The position numbers and the translations under genes are program-made. Shown here in pieces: positions 51,800-64,000 of a stretch of DNA of 64,000 nucleotides (its first letter is position 1; every line of letters starts with the position of its first letter). Source of the DNA: Chiloscyllium plagiosum (lineage: Eukaryota). The notes beneath the pieces are model-generated. The model did no database searches. It was given only the letters and a program-made list of their open reading frames with translations, and was not told the DNA's origin. The stretch covers positions 31,600,831 through 31,664,830 of the forward strand of contig NC_057720.1 of the NCBI RefSeq assembly GCF_004010195.1, written 5' to 3'.

Positions 51800-53320
51800 T
51801 CACATAACATGGTGCTAGAAGTAGCACTGACATTGAGTGTTGAAGAACTGTAAGAACACTCAGTAATAACAGAGACTCAGCAATGTTCAGAGCTAAAAAA
51901 AAGTTACAATTAACCGAAAGGAACTGAAAAAGAATACAGACACAGGCCAACTCTGGATAGTATACAATTTCTGAAGCTGCAACTTTTCCTCTCTCAGCTC
52001 CAGTTAAAATGAAAAGTGATATGAAACAGAACTTGCACATTTTCCATGTGCAATGGCAAAATTATGAAATTGCAACAGATATACTTAACACGTCTAAGCA
52101 GCTATGTGTAACTATAGTGTTATCACTGTTGGGAAAAGACTGTTTAAAAGTGTATTGCATCCTAAATCTCTCTATACAACCAAAAAAAGATACAGAATTT
52201 CAAAAGACTTGAAGTTACATGTTGAACTATTTGATAGGATGGATGTTGAAAGCATGTTTCTTTTATGGGAGAATCCAGAACAAGGAGATGTAGTTTAAAA
52301 ATAAGCTGGCACCCATTTCAATCGGAGATGAAGAAATTTTCTTTCTCCAGAAGATTGAGAGTCTTTGGAATTCCCTTCCTTAAAAGGCAGTGGATGCAAA
52401 TCTTTAGATATTTTTAAAATAGAGGTGGATAGATTCTTGATCACCAAGGAGATAAAACATTTTTGGGGCTATCCAGAAATGTAGAGTTGAGGTTAAAAAT
52501 AGATCAGCTGTGATTTTATTGAATGATGGAGCAGGTTCAAAGGGCCAAATGGTCTAATCTTATTCCTCATTCACATGTAAGTGAACATAACTTATAAACG
52601 GGATACGTTCAGTATTAGGCCCATAGATCGAAAAGAGTTAGTTGATTGATATTTGATTCATTTAACTCAGTTTATAGAATCCAATGAATTTGAATAATGA
52701 AAAGATGATTCAATTAAAGCTGGGTTTATATTAGGCTTAAGGGGTCTTCAGTGAAAACATATGTACAAAAAGAGGAGAAATGTACTATCAGAAAAATGAT
52801 CAACGTGCAGAAGAAGTAAATTTGTGAAGTGGCCATTACAGCAAACTTCTAATAGAACTGAACATGCCTAATGTATTGCAGGCCCAAAGGGCAGAACATT
52901 CACAGGCAAAGAGCAGAGTGCAAACACCCTGGGGGGATATCACACAAAGGAGTTGAAAGTACGTCTAGTTTAGGAAAAGTAGTCTACATTACTCAAATGA
53001 AGAGCAAATGACAAATCATTGTGTATCATTAAGAGACTGGTTTGATTTAAATGCAATGCAGAGGCTGATGAGATTAACAAACTGCTCATGCATAGGAACA
53101 GTCTGGGGTATATTGAGTAAATTGGGTGACTCAAAATGTACATGATGATAATGTGTGTAATTGTTTGTAATTTCTTAGTTTGTGTATGAAAAGGGGATGT
53201 TTGGGTTATAAATGCAATTGACTAACATGTCTCCTGACTTGCTGTAGTCATGTGACCTCTACCATATAACACTAACTGTGAGTTTCCATTTTGTAGCCAA
53301 TTTCAATAAAGACACAGAAC
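51800..53320 (+). mobile_element. Highly decayed Gypsy-like LTR element (gag remnant), with CR1 insert at 52225-52515
   Basis: ACA-TGGTGCTAGAAGT primer-binding-like junction at about 51807, a gag-like QWQNYEIAT...LSLLGKDCLKVY segment, and a polypurine tract AAAAGGGGA-TGT at about 53189. Confidence 0.5.
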
Positions 53321-53337
53321 AGACCCCACAGTAATCG

Positions 53338-53590
53338 ATGGTGGCTCAGTGGTTAGCACTGCTGCCTCACAGTGCCAGGGTCCCAGGTTCAATTCCAGCC
53401 AAAACGTCGAATCTCCTGTTCCCTGGATGCTGCCTGACCTGCTGTGCTGTTCCAGCAATAAAGTTTCAACTGTGTTAAATTACCCACAGTATTAGGTGCA
53501 TTAATCAGAGGGGGTGGGTTGCTCTTCGGAGGGTTGGTATGGACTTGTTGGGCCGAAGGGCCTGTTTCCACGCTGTAAGTAATCTAATCT
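53338..53590 (+). mobile_element. SINE/Penelope chimera
   Basis: tRNA-like head at 53338-53397, Penelope tail segment at 53398-53470, SINE 3' end at 53471-53590. Confidence 0.7.
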
Positions 53591-55619
53591 TAAGAGCTAG
53601 TAACACTCATCATGTCATCGGAAGGGGATAATGTGACCTCCAGCTGCTTGGATAGACCACCTCTGTTTGCATTGTGAACATTTTGGTGAAATTGTTGAAG
53701 GCAAGAGATAGTGGTCTTCTTTGTTCATGGCATTTCTGTTGCAGTTGCTGAAGTCAGAAGATTATATCAACTGTAGATTTTCAGTTCAGAAACCATCCTG
53801 AGTGTCAGGGTAGATATGTTCGGTCAGGATCTACAGTCTGACAAAGATATTACAAGCAAATGCTTTTTCCATGATGCTCAGTAAGAGGATACCTCAGTAA
53901 TTGTCACAATTGCTGCAGTTACTCTTGTTCTGGTAGAGACTCACACATATCCTGGACCCTGCCTCTCCCTCTGCCGAGAAAGAGAATTTTGTGCAACTCT
54001 GGTAGGAATGCTTGTTTTACATGTTTGGTAAGTTTAGGTGGTACAGCATCAGCATATGGTGCTTTGCTTGTGGCAAGTTGGTCAATCACTAATTTACTGT
54101 ACTATGGGTTCAGTACCCAGGTCCAACACTATGGGAAGACTTTGGAATATTTAGAAATCCCTTACTTTTAGTGTTCTCCCTCAATATAACTCTAGGCAGT
54201 GCTCCACCCATCTCTCCAGCTGTTTATTTATAGCATTCATACAAAGAATGTGGACTTTGCTGCTAGACCAGCATTTATTTCCTATCCTAGTTGCCCTTGA
54301 CAAGGTGATGGTGAGCTTTCTCCTTTAACCACTGCAGTCCATTTGTTATAGGTACAGCACAGTGCTGTTCAGGAAAGACTTCCAGAATTTTGACCTAGTG
54401 ACACTGAAGTATGACAATATATTTCCAAGTTGAGAGAGTGAGTGGCTTGCAGGGACGTTTTCAAATTGTGGTGCTCTCATATATCTACCGCCCTTATCAT
54501 TCCAGATTGTAGTGGATGTGGTTTCGAAGGTGCTGTCCAAGTAGTTGGTGATGCATTTCAGGTAGTACAGCATAGTACCTGGAGGATGAAGAGAGTTAGC
54601 ATGCTTTCTGCTTTTGTAGATTAATTTGCTTCTCATTTTCACCCTACAGTATTGGCTAATAGCCATACAATGTATAGCTTCTCCATTGGCAAGTCCTCAG
54701 TTGCACCTTCCCATGGCTAACCCTGGTAAGTGGGTCCCTTGCAGACTCAGGCTAAAGCTTTTGGTGAACTCTGAATAGCCTTGCTTCCAGACCTGCAGTG
54801 TTCAAGTCCAACAACACGTGAATGCTTTCTGGCACTCTTGAACCAAACTCCCAGCTATGGCTAAATAGATCCATTACCTCTGAAAGCAAATGGGAGTAAA
54901 GCCTGATAAAAGTTCTGGAATAGAGGACTAATTACAGGCCAATGTTCAAATATGTAATCTTTTCAACAACTCTACAACCCAGTGGCATTAAATGTGGCAT
55001 TTCATTTCGACTGAACTGGTAAGGCTAGGAGGGGCACCTCGATGTGTGGTGGACATTAATAAGATATTAGCAGGAAAAGATAGGGTAAATAAACAATTTC
55101 CACTGGTTGAGGATTTTAGAACTAGACATCTGAGAATTAGGGCCAAACCGTGCTTGAGAGATGCTGGGAAGCATTTCTACACACAAAGTGTAGTAGATGT
55201 TTGGAACTCTCTTCTACAAGTGGCAGGAATACAGGATCTGTTGTTAGTTTTAAATCTTGAGGTCAATATGTTTATGTTAAAGAAAAGTATCAAGGGATAA
55301 TGGGCCAAAGGAGGTATATAGAATTGGGCCACATATCCACCATGATCTCATTGAATAGTGGAACAGGCTCGAGGGGCTGAATGGTCTACTCCTGTTCCAA
55401 TGTAGCCCAGCCTCATAGATTTGGTCCAGTTTGCACACTGGAGAGGATTTCCCAGATTCAGTTCTTTGGGAAAGAAAATGACTGTGACCATATGTAGAAT
55501 AAGGAGAGTAAGTGTCTTGGTCTGAGAGAGAAAGAGGTCTGCACAACATTACATTCTTTGAAGGGAAACACCATTATACACAGACCCATGCAGTGTGCCG
55601 GACACAATGTCATACTACT

Positions 55620-58165
55620 TGAATCTGAACCAGTCTAACACCGGCACATCCAAATCGTAACCATTATTGACACTACCAACTGCTGGCGAAAGTGGAGAGG
55701 ATCTCCAAGAAGATTACACATATCGACACAGACATCAAGTTTCTGTAGAAATGCAGGAAAGCAGGAAAGATCCAAAAAGGATTGCACATCACCAACTCAT
55801 TCAAGTTGACCTACAGCACAGACTACGCAGAGAGACTTTGTCACCTCACCTCTCACAAATTCCTTTATCATCTCATGCACCAACTCTACAGGAGGCGCCA
55901 CAACCTTGAAATTAAGATGGAGTCCACATTCTCAGCCTGCACTCAGGATACAGCAGTACAGTTATGGGACATTGCCAAACAGGCAAGGTAATAAAACTAT
56001 ACCATGTATATGCACACCAAGATCAAGAAACTGGAGAAACTTGGCATCACCACCAGCAGTAGCAAAGCACGCCCTGGCACCATAGTGGAAAACGTTATCA
56101 CCATGGGGAATTTGATCGTCAACTTATTGAACGACAGCCCTCAACCGAAAGAGATTGAGATTCTCAGCAGGAGTCTCAATTTCTGCCTCACCACCAAAAT
56201 GGACCCCATGGGTCTTGCAACAGAAGCGGAGGAATTCATCAGATGAATGGGACTCTGGGAATTCTTTCAAGATGCCAGCAGTGATCCCAATGAGCCTGCC
56301 GAGGAACTAGAACAGTCATCACAGGAATCCATAGAGGAGCGACCAAAGAAGGAGTTAACTTGGACCCCACCGGAGGGCCGCTGCCCTGGGCTTGACATGT
56401 ATGTTCAAACCGTCAGGAAATATATAAATGCCAGATTCATCAGTTGAACCCACAAAGTAGAGCAAAACATCACCTGATCACAACACACCGCCATCCATAC
56501 TCTCAAAACCAATCACAACATTGTCATCAAACCAGCAGATAAAGTAGGAGCCATCGTCATTCAGAATAGATCGGACCACTGCAAGAAAGTATACCGACAA
56601 CAATCAGGAACACTACATACAACTATCAGCTGATTGAACAAAAGAGCACATCCGTGAACTAAACACATTGATCAGGACTTTGGATCCAGTCCTTCATAGT
56701 TCCCTATGAGCTCTCATTCCACGTACTTCTCACATTGGTGACTTCTACTGCCTTCCGAAGATACACAAAGCCAACACACCAGGACGTCCCATCATATCAG
56801 GCAATGGGACCCTGTGTGAGAACATCTCTGGCTATGTCAAAGGCACCTTGAAACCCATTGTACAGGGGACCCCCAGCTTCTATCGCAATACTACAGATTC
56901 CTTACAAGCTCCAAGCACCGTCCTATAACTCATTCGCTTTATCCTCGACCACAATATTTTTACTTTTGACAACCAGTTCTTCATCCAGACACACGGACCC
57001 CAATTTGTACCCCAATATGCCAACATTTTCTTGCACAGGTTGGAAGAAGATTTCTTCTCTGCACAGGATCTCAAACCAACACCATACACCAGGTACATTG
57101 ATGACATTTTCTTCCGCTGGACCCATGGCGAGGAGTCACTGAATCAACTACATAGTGACATCAACAAGTTTCATCACATCATCAAACTCACCATGGACTA
57201 CACTTTAGTATCTGTCTCATTCTTGGACACATGCATCTCCATCAAGGATGGGCACCTCACTCAATTGCAAACCTACGGATAACCTCATAAGGCTACACTT
57301 CTTCAACTTCCACCTGAAACATATTAAAACAGCCATCCCCTACAGACAAGCCCTCCACATACACAGAATCTGATCAGATGAGGAGGAACGTGATGGGCAC
57401 TTGGAAGTACTTAAAGATGTCCTCCAAAGAACGTCGCATGATGTTCAACTTATTGACCACCACTTCCCCTGTGCCACAGCAAGAAACCATAATGACCTCC
57501 TCAGGAGACAGACATGAGCTGCAACAGACAGGGTACCCTTCGTTATCCAGTACTTCCCAGGAGCTGAAAAACTACGCCATGTTCTTTGTTGTTCTTCAAT
57601 GTGGCAACACATTATCAATGAGGATGAGCACCTCACCAAGACCTTAGCCACACCTCCGCTTCTTGCCTTTAAACAACCACCAAACCTCAAACAAATCATT
57701 GTTCGCAGCAAACTGCTCAGCCTTCAGGCCAACACCATACAACTTTGTCATGCCAGACGCTGCAAGACATGTCAAAGTGTCGACACAGATACCACCATTA
57801 CATGTGGCGACTGCATCCACCATGTGTGTGGCAGGTACTCATGTGACTCGGCCAACATTGTCTATCTCATAACCTGCAGGCAAAGATGCCCTGAGGCATG
57901 GTACATTGGCAAGACCGAGCAGAGGCTACGGCAACGGATGAATGGATACCGCACAACAATCACCAGCCAGGGGTGTTCCCTCCCAGTCGGGGAACACTTC
58001 AGCCGACCAGGACTTTCAGTCTCGAACCTTGGGTGACCATCCTCCGAGGAGGACTGCGGAACAGGCAACAACGAAAAGTGGCTGAGTGGAGGCTGATAGC
58101 CAAGTTCGGTACCCATGGGGATAGCCTCAACCGGGAACTTGGGTTCATGTCACACTATAGGTGAC
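55620..58165 (+). mobile_element. Decayed Penelope-like retroelement ORF (RT plus GIY-YIG endonuclease)
   Basis: Frameshifted pieces: LSRSLNFC, IKPADK, FYCLPKIHKANTPGRPIIS, RYIDDIF, VSFLDT, and CKTC...CDSANIVYLITC...WYIGKTEQRLRQRM (GIY-YIG). Confidence 0.9.
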
Positions 58166-58169
58166 CCCA

Positions 58170-59120
58170 CTTTTTTTTAGAAATTGAATCAGTCTGAACA
58201 CTGGGGCACAGACAGATGGACTTTATCTTCACACCATCTGAGCTGACATGGCACCTATTGTTATTGTTCACTTGAGAATGTAACTTCAAAAAAAGTCCAG
58301 GGGTTTACATTTGAAAGAACTGAAACCAACATGCCCATTCTAAAAGATGAAAAACTTAACAAACAATCCAGGATTTTTTCAATATATCATCTCAGTTACA
58401 TAACACTGTAAACATTTGCTATAAATTCTGTATCTTACAATCATAACCTCCACAACCACCTGATGAAGGAGCAGCGCTCCAAAAGCTAGTGCTTCCAATT
58501 AAACCAGGCAACAGTGAGGACTGCAGATGCTGGAAACCAGAGTTTAGATCAGAGGGGATATTGGTGTAGAGTGCTAAAATGTCCATTGTGACGAGGAATG
58601 TTCCCAGTTCTACTGGTCCGTGAGTGCTGGGTTTCTGTAAGGAATCTGTAGTATTGCGATAGAAGCTGGGGGTCCCCTGTACAATGGGTTTCAAGATGCC
58701 TTTGATATAGCCAGAGATGTTCTCACACAGGGTCCCATTGCCTGATATGATGGGACGTCCTGGTGTGTTGGCTTTGTGTCTCTTTGGAAGGCAGTAGAAG
58801 TCGCCAATGCGAGAATTACGTGGAATGAGAGCTCATAGGGAACAATGAAGGACTGGATCCAAAGTCCTGATCAATGTGTTTAGTTCACGGGTGTGCTCTT
58901 TTGCTGGAAAAGCACAGCAGGTCAGGCAGCATCCGAGGAGCAGGAAAATCGACGTTTCGGGCAAAAGCTTGATTCCTGATAAAGGGCTTTTGCCCGAAAT
59001 ATCGATTTTCCTGCTCCTTGGATGCTGCCTGACCTTCCAAATAAACCAGTTGGACTATAAGCCGGTGTTGTGTGATTTTTAACTTTGTCCACCCAAGTAC
59101 AACACCTGCACCTCCAAACA
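58170..59120. mobile_element. Penelope 3' pseudo-LTR with hammerhead motif, inverted RT fragment (58555-58887) and a fold-back insert
   Basis: CAC-CTGATGA-A-GGAGCAGCGCTCC-AAAA-GCTA-GTG at 58457-58491. 58555-58887 is an inverted copy of the RT region near 56650-56910. The tail resumes at about 59034. Confidence 0.8.
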
Positions 59121-59988
59121 TACTTGAATCTGGATTATAATTTTGATTATAATCTTGTTCCCAGGCTTTGTTGGCTTCTGTCCTACAATCCTCCAATTTA
59201 GTACATTCCTATATCCTTCTTATGCACTCTGGATATGCTAAAACACTTTACAATCAATTTGCATATTTTAGAGATATAGATCCTGTTGTGATGTTGGTAA
59301 CCTTATCAGCCAATTTACTCGTCGAGATACTGATCAAGTAATCTGTTTTCAGTGACATTATTTGAGAGTGTGGGGAACTCTCTACAAATAATATCACTTG
59401 ACCGAACAAACCTGATCTTGAAGTTACACCTTATCCTAAAGACTAAGTCTGACATAGCATTCTCTTGGTTTTGCAATGATGTGTTAGCCTGGATGATCTG
59501 CCTCTCGGATTTGGGATTTGACCGATAGCCTTCTGCTTCGTAGACGTGAGTCCTACTCCCACTGAATAAAGTTTAATGCCATTCTTCCAAATCCTGCTGT
59601 CTGTATCTTCACTTGTGTAAGTCCCACCTCAACCATCTTTGCAGACTTATGGCTGCTCTTGGTCTGTCAATGCCTCAATTTTAAAATTCTAATTTTGTGT
59701 TCAAATAACTCCACAACTTTGGCTTTCTCCACTTCTGTAACTCCTCCACACTTACAACCCCCGCAGATCTCTATTCTGATTTCTTGTATCTCTCCAAATT
59801 CCATCCTTGATGACAGTGCCTTCAGGTACATATGTCTTAAGCTGTAGAATTTCCTTCCTAAAATTCTTCACCTCTCCATATCTCTCTTCTCGTTAAGACA
59901 ATGCCATTGTCCTATCACTTTGGTCAACATTTTTGGCACCTATCTCTGTATTTGACTTAGTGTTAGGTCTTGTTTATCAAAGCTCTTG

Positions 59989-61876
59989 GTGTCACAAAGC
60001 TGGTTCCTTTTTTTCTAATAGCGGTTCCTTTTCTCAAGGACATTATGTCCTTGGTTTTTATCAGAGGGGTTGTAAATGCGCTCTGTGCCGATTAGACTGG
60101 TTTGGTACAGAGATTAAAGGGTATTGAGAGGCCTTTTTGTTTATAAGTAAACAGACAAGACTTCAGGCCAAAGTGGTCATGTTTTGGAAGTGACCTGTAT
60201 AATGAAAGAGGAGTGGTCAGTTCTCTAGCTGAGGTAAAAACAATGACTGCAGATGCTGGAAACCAGATTCTGGATTAGTGGTGCTGGAAGAGCACAGCAG
60301 TTCAGGCAGCATCCAAGGAGCAGTAAAATCGACGTTTCAGGCAAAAGCCCTTCTTGAGCTGTGTGAAAACAGACTCTCTTTCTCTTTCTGCCCTTCTAAC
60401 TTCTACCTATAAGCATTTGATCCTTTTTTTACTGTATTTTAAGGGGGTTTGCTTATTGGAACTATTGTGTATATGTGGAACAGCATAATTAAGTCTAGTT
60501 TGGATAGACTGAGTTCTGTACGGGTTCTTTATTCTGTTCTTTATGTTTCATAGAGTCATAGAGATGTACAACATGGAAACAGACCCTTCGGTCCAACCCG
60601 TCCATGCCCACCAGATATCCCAACCCAATCTAGTCCCACCTACCAGCAGCTGGTCCATATTGCTCCAAACCCTTCCTATTCATATACCCATCCAAATGCC
60701 TCTTAACTGTTGCAATTGTACCAGCCTCCACCACATCCTCTGGCAGCTCATTCCATACATGTACCACCCTCTGCGTGAAAAAGTTGCCCCTTAGGTCTCT
60801 TTTATATCTTTCCCCTCTCACCCTAAACCTATGCCCTCTAGTTTTGGACTCTCCGACCCCAGGGAAAAGACTTTGCCTATTTATCCTATCCATGTCCCTC
60901 ATAATTTTGTAAACCTCTATAAGGTCACCCCTCAGCCTCTGACGCTCCAGGGAAAACAGCCCCAGCCTGTTCAGCCTCTCCCTATAGCTCAGAACCTCCA
61001 ACTCTGGCAACATCCTTGTAAATCTTTTCTGAACCCTTTCAAGTTTCACAACATCTTTCTAATAGGAAGGAGACCAGAATTGCACGCAATATTCCAACAG
61101 CGGCTTAATCAATGTCCTGTACAACTGCAACATGACCTCCCAACTCCTGTACTCAATACTCTGACCAGTAAAGGAAACTTTCCCAACACCTTCTTCACTA
61201 TCCTATCTACCTGTGACTCACCTAGGACTTTCAAGGAGCTATGAACCTGCACTCCAAGGTCTCTTTGTTCAGCAACACTCCCTAGGACCTTACCATTAAG
61301 TGTATAAGACCTGGTAAGATTTGCTTTCCCAAAATGCAGCACCTCGCATTTATCTGAATTAAACTCCATCTGCCACTTCTCAGCCCATTGGCCCATCTGG
61401 TCCAGATCCTGTTGTAATCTGAGGTAAACCTCTTCGCTGTCCACTACACCTCCAATTTTGGTGTCATCTGCAAACTTACTAACTGTACCTCTTATGCTCG
61501 CGTCCAAATCGTTTATGTAAATGACAAAAAGTAGAGGACCCAGCACCAATCCTTGTGGCACTCCACTGGTCACAGGCCTCCAGGCTGAAAAACAACCCTC
61601 CAACACTATTCTCTGTCTTCTACCTTTGAGCCAGTTCTGTATCCAAATGGCTAGTTCTCCCTGTATTCTGTGAGATCTAATCTTGCTAATCAGTCTCCCA
61701 TGGGTTTCATTGTGTAATTTGGTGAATAAATTTCTGCCTGTTTTAAAATGTAGCAGTCAACCTAACTAGCTTACTCTGGGTAATTCTCACTATACAATTA
61801 CCAAAACAAATTGCAAAGTTATGGTCTGGGCCACCTGCTTAAGAATGTTTTGAGTGGTCTGCCCTGGTCTATAACA
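59989..61876 (+). mobile_element. 5' LTR of Gypsy element, interrupted by a Penelope fragment (about 60231-60355) and CR1 (60549-61703)
   Basis: TG...CA ends. The joined sequence 60510-60551 plus 61704-61740 matches 63930-64000. A degenerate tRNA-Pro-like PBS follows at about 61879. Confidence 0.7.
60549..61703 (-). mobile_element. Young CR1 RT and 3' end
   Basis: ORFs 61109-61606 and 60630-61049. GTTTCAT is duplicated at both ends. Confidence 0.92.
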
Positions 61877-61969
61877 GATTGGGGTTCAACTGGGAATTTA
61901 AACGATGAGTGGTAGGTGCCAGTGTCTTTATTTTGGGTGTTGGTTTGGTTGCATAGACAAAGCATTGGA

Positions 61970-63930
61970 TAGTATTGGCTCTTTTAGGTGCCAAAAGTTT
62001 TCTGGATGTGCTGACTTTGGAAGTTTTGCAAATAGTGAATCAGCCCAAGCTGCAGAGAAGCTGAAATTGGATCTGCCTGCTTCTGTGAGGAAAGAAGAGA
62101 TAATTACAGCACTAGCTCAGCATTTAACCTTGCTGGAGAAACCATCAGAATCTGTAGAGATGGCAAGAATTCAATTGTAAATGAAGCAGCTTGAGTTGGA
62201 GGTGAGAGATAAGGAAAGAGCAGCAGAAACGAAACAGTTTGAGTTACGATTAAAAGCAGATGAGAGGGAAAAAGAGAGCGGCAGAACAGAAAGAAAAAGA
62301 GAGCAACAGAAGAGAGGTAAAAAGAGAGAGCAGAAAAAAAAAGACAGAGCTTTTGAACTTCAAAAACTGACACTTAAAAAGGAAAGTCAGCTTAAAAGGC
62401 TGGAGATAAAGGCTGAGGGTAGGCTTAGTGAGGAAGAGAGTGAGAATGAGCAAGCCCCTGGTAGTCAGAAGCCCAGTGAGAAACTGTTTCAGTATGTTCA
62501 AGCATTGCATAAATTTGATGAGAAGGATGTGGAAGCCTTTTTCATCTCATTTGAAAAGGTGGCTAAACAAATGCAGTGGCCAGTGGCAATGTGGGTTTTG
62601 TTGATCCAAAGGAAACTTGTAGGTAGGGCAAGTGAGGTATTCGCATCTCTATCAGAGGAGGTATCTGGGGAATATGAGGAGGTGAAAAAAGCCACTTTCA
62701 GTGCATATGAGCTTGTACCAGAAACCTATAGACAATGTTTCAGGAATCTAAGGAGGGACTCTGGTCAAACCTATATTGAGTTTGAAAGGATCAAACAGAG
62801 CAATTTCGATAGATGAATAAGAGCTTTCAAGATCGAGCAAACCTATGATCCCCTAGATGGGTAATTATTTTGGAGGAATTCAAAAATTCACTGCCTGAAG
62901 TAGTGCGAGCTCGTGTAGAAGAGCAGAGAGTTAAAACAGCAAGGTTAGCAGCTGAAGAGGCTGATGATTATGAGCTGGTCCATAAAACATGGTTTGGCTT
63001 CCAGAATCAATTTCAGTCCATGAGGGATAGAAATTGGGCGAAGAGAAATCCTCACATAGAAAGGGAAAGGTAGATCTCAGTGAAGATCATAAAGATAATT
63101 TACCACAGGGTAACAAAGAAACCCTTGAGGGGACAAATAAATTAAAAGGTTCTGGTGTTTTCATTGTAATAAAGTCGGCCACACAAAATCACAGTGTTGG
63201 TGGGCTAGGAGAAAGCCAGATATAGGAAAACAGGACAAGTCTGGGAGTTTTGTTGGACTAGTAACAAAAAGCAGAAGGGGAGTTAGACAACTGCCTCAGA
63301 GTGTACAAGGTGATCAGAGGTTGATTAAGGAATAAACGCCAACACACCATATGACATCTTAACAACCCTATCAACCTGGGTGGCAACTTTCAGGGATTTA
63401 TGCACTTGGACACTGAGATCTCTCTGTTCATCTATACTGCCAATAATTTTACCAGCAGCCCAGTACTCTGAATTCCTGATATTTCTTCCGAAGTGAACTA
63501 CCTCACACTTTTCCGCATTAAACTCCATTTACCACTTCTCAGCCCAGCTCTGCATCTTACCTATGTTCCTCTGTAACCCACAACATCCTTTGGCACTATC
63601 CACAACTCTGCCTACCTTAGTGTCATCTGCAAATTTACTAACCCATCCTTCTACGCCTACATCCAGGTCATTTATAATAAGCAGAATTCAGAGACCATCC
63701 ATTTGGACTATGTGGCAAATTTTAGAGAATGATTAAATAGAGCTGGAGAGTTGGCTAGACAGCATTTAAAAGTATCACTGCATACAGTGAAACAAGAAGC
63801 GAAAAAGAAATCAAAAATTCACAATTTTGCAATTAGGGATAAGGTATTGTTGTTATTTGCAGTAACAGGTGAACCTTTAAAAGCCAGGTTTAGTGGACCT
63901 TATCAAATTGAGAGGAAATTGAGTGAGGTG
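61970..63930 (+). mobile_element. Gmr1-like Gypsy internal region: gag (SCAN-like capsid, zinc knuckle) and integrase C-terminus, internally deleted
   Basis: FDEKDVEAFFISFEKVA..W..LVGRASEVF..YELVPETYRQCFR. CFHCNKVGHTKSQC at about 63158. DKVLLL..PLKARFSGPYQIERK at about 63840. CR1 insert at 63326-63680. Confidence 0.82.
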
Positions 63931-64000
63931 AGTTCCGTATGGGTTCTTTATTCTGTTCTTTGTATTTCATTGTGTAATTTTGTGAATAAATTTCTGTCTG
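63930..64000 (+). mobile_element. Partial 3' LTR
   Basis: Near-identical to the reconstructed 5' LTR segment. Confidence 0.7.

Noticed and set aside
62181..62816. Domesticated SCAN/gag-derived host gene
   Set aside because: Flanked by LTRs and interrupted by stops and frameshifts on both sides.

Overview
Repeat-rich vertebrate genomic DNA, almost certainly an elasmobranch (shark), inferred from HE1-type V-SINEs with matching CR1 tails. The one protein-coding gene is a complete bestrophin-4 (BEST4) on the minus strand. It has nine GT-AG coding exons (27727 to 5695), a 1410-nt CDS and a 469-aa protein, and it carries His at the position equivalent to BEST1 Arg141. Converging on its 3' end is the tail of a spliced plus-strand transcript whose last intron holds a SNORD38 (U38) box C/D snoRNA. 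Its exons do not encode RPS8, the usual host. The rest is CR1, L2, Rex1 and RTE LINE fragments, SINEs, two TA-flanked MITEs, two decayed Gypsy LTR elements and a decayed Penelope-like element (RT plus GIY-YIG). The most striking signal is many short Penelope-derived inserts carrying minimal type I hammerhead ribozyme motifs, in two families. Several are fold-backs or have 12-16 bp target-site duplications, and one duplicated the BEST4 exon-4 splice donor. There is a 721-N gap, and some repeat mosaics may be assembly artefacts. Repeat boundaries are approximate. Homology calls rest on recalled reference sequences, not on database searches.
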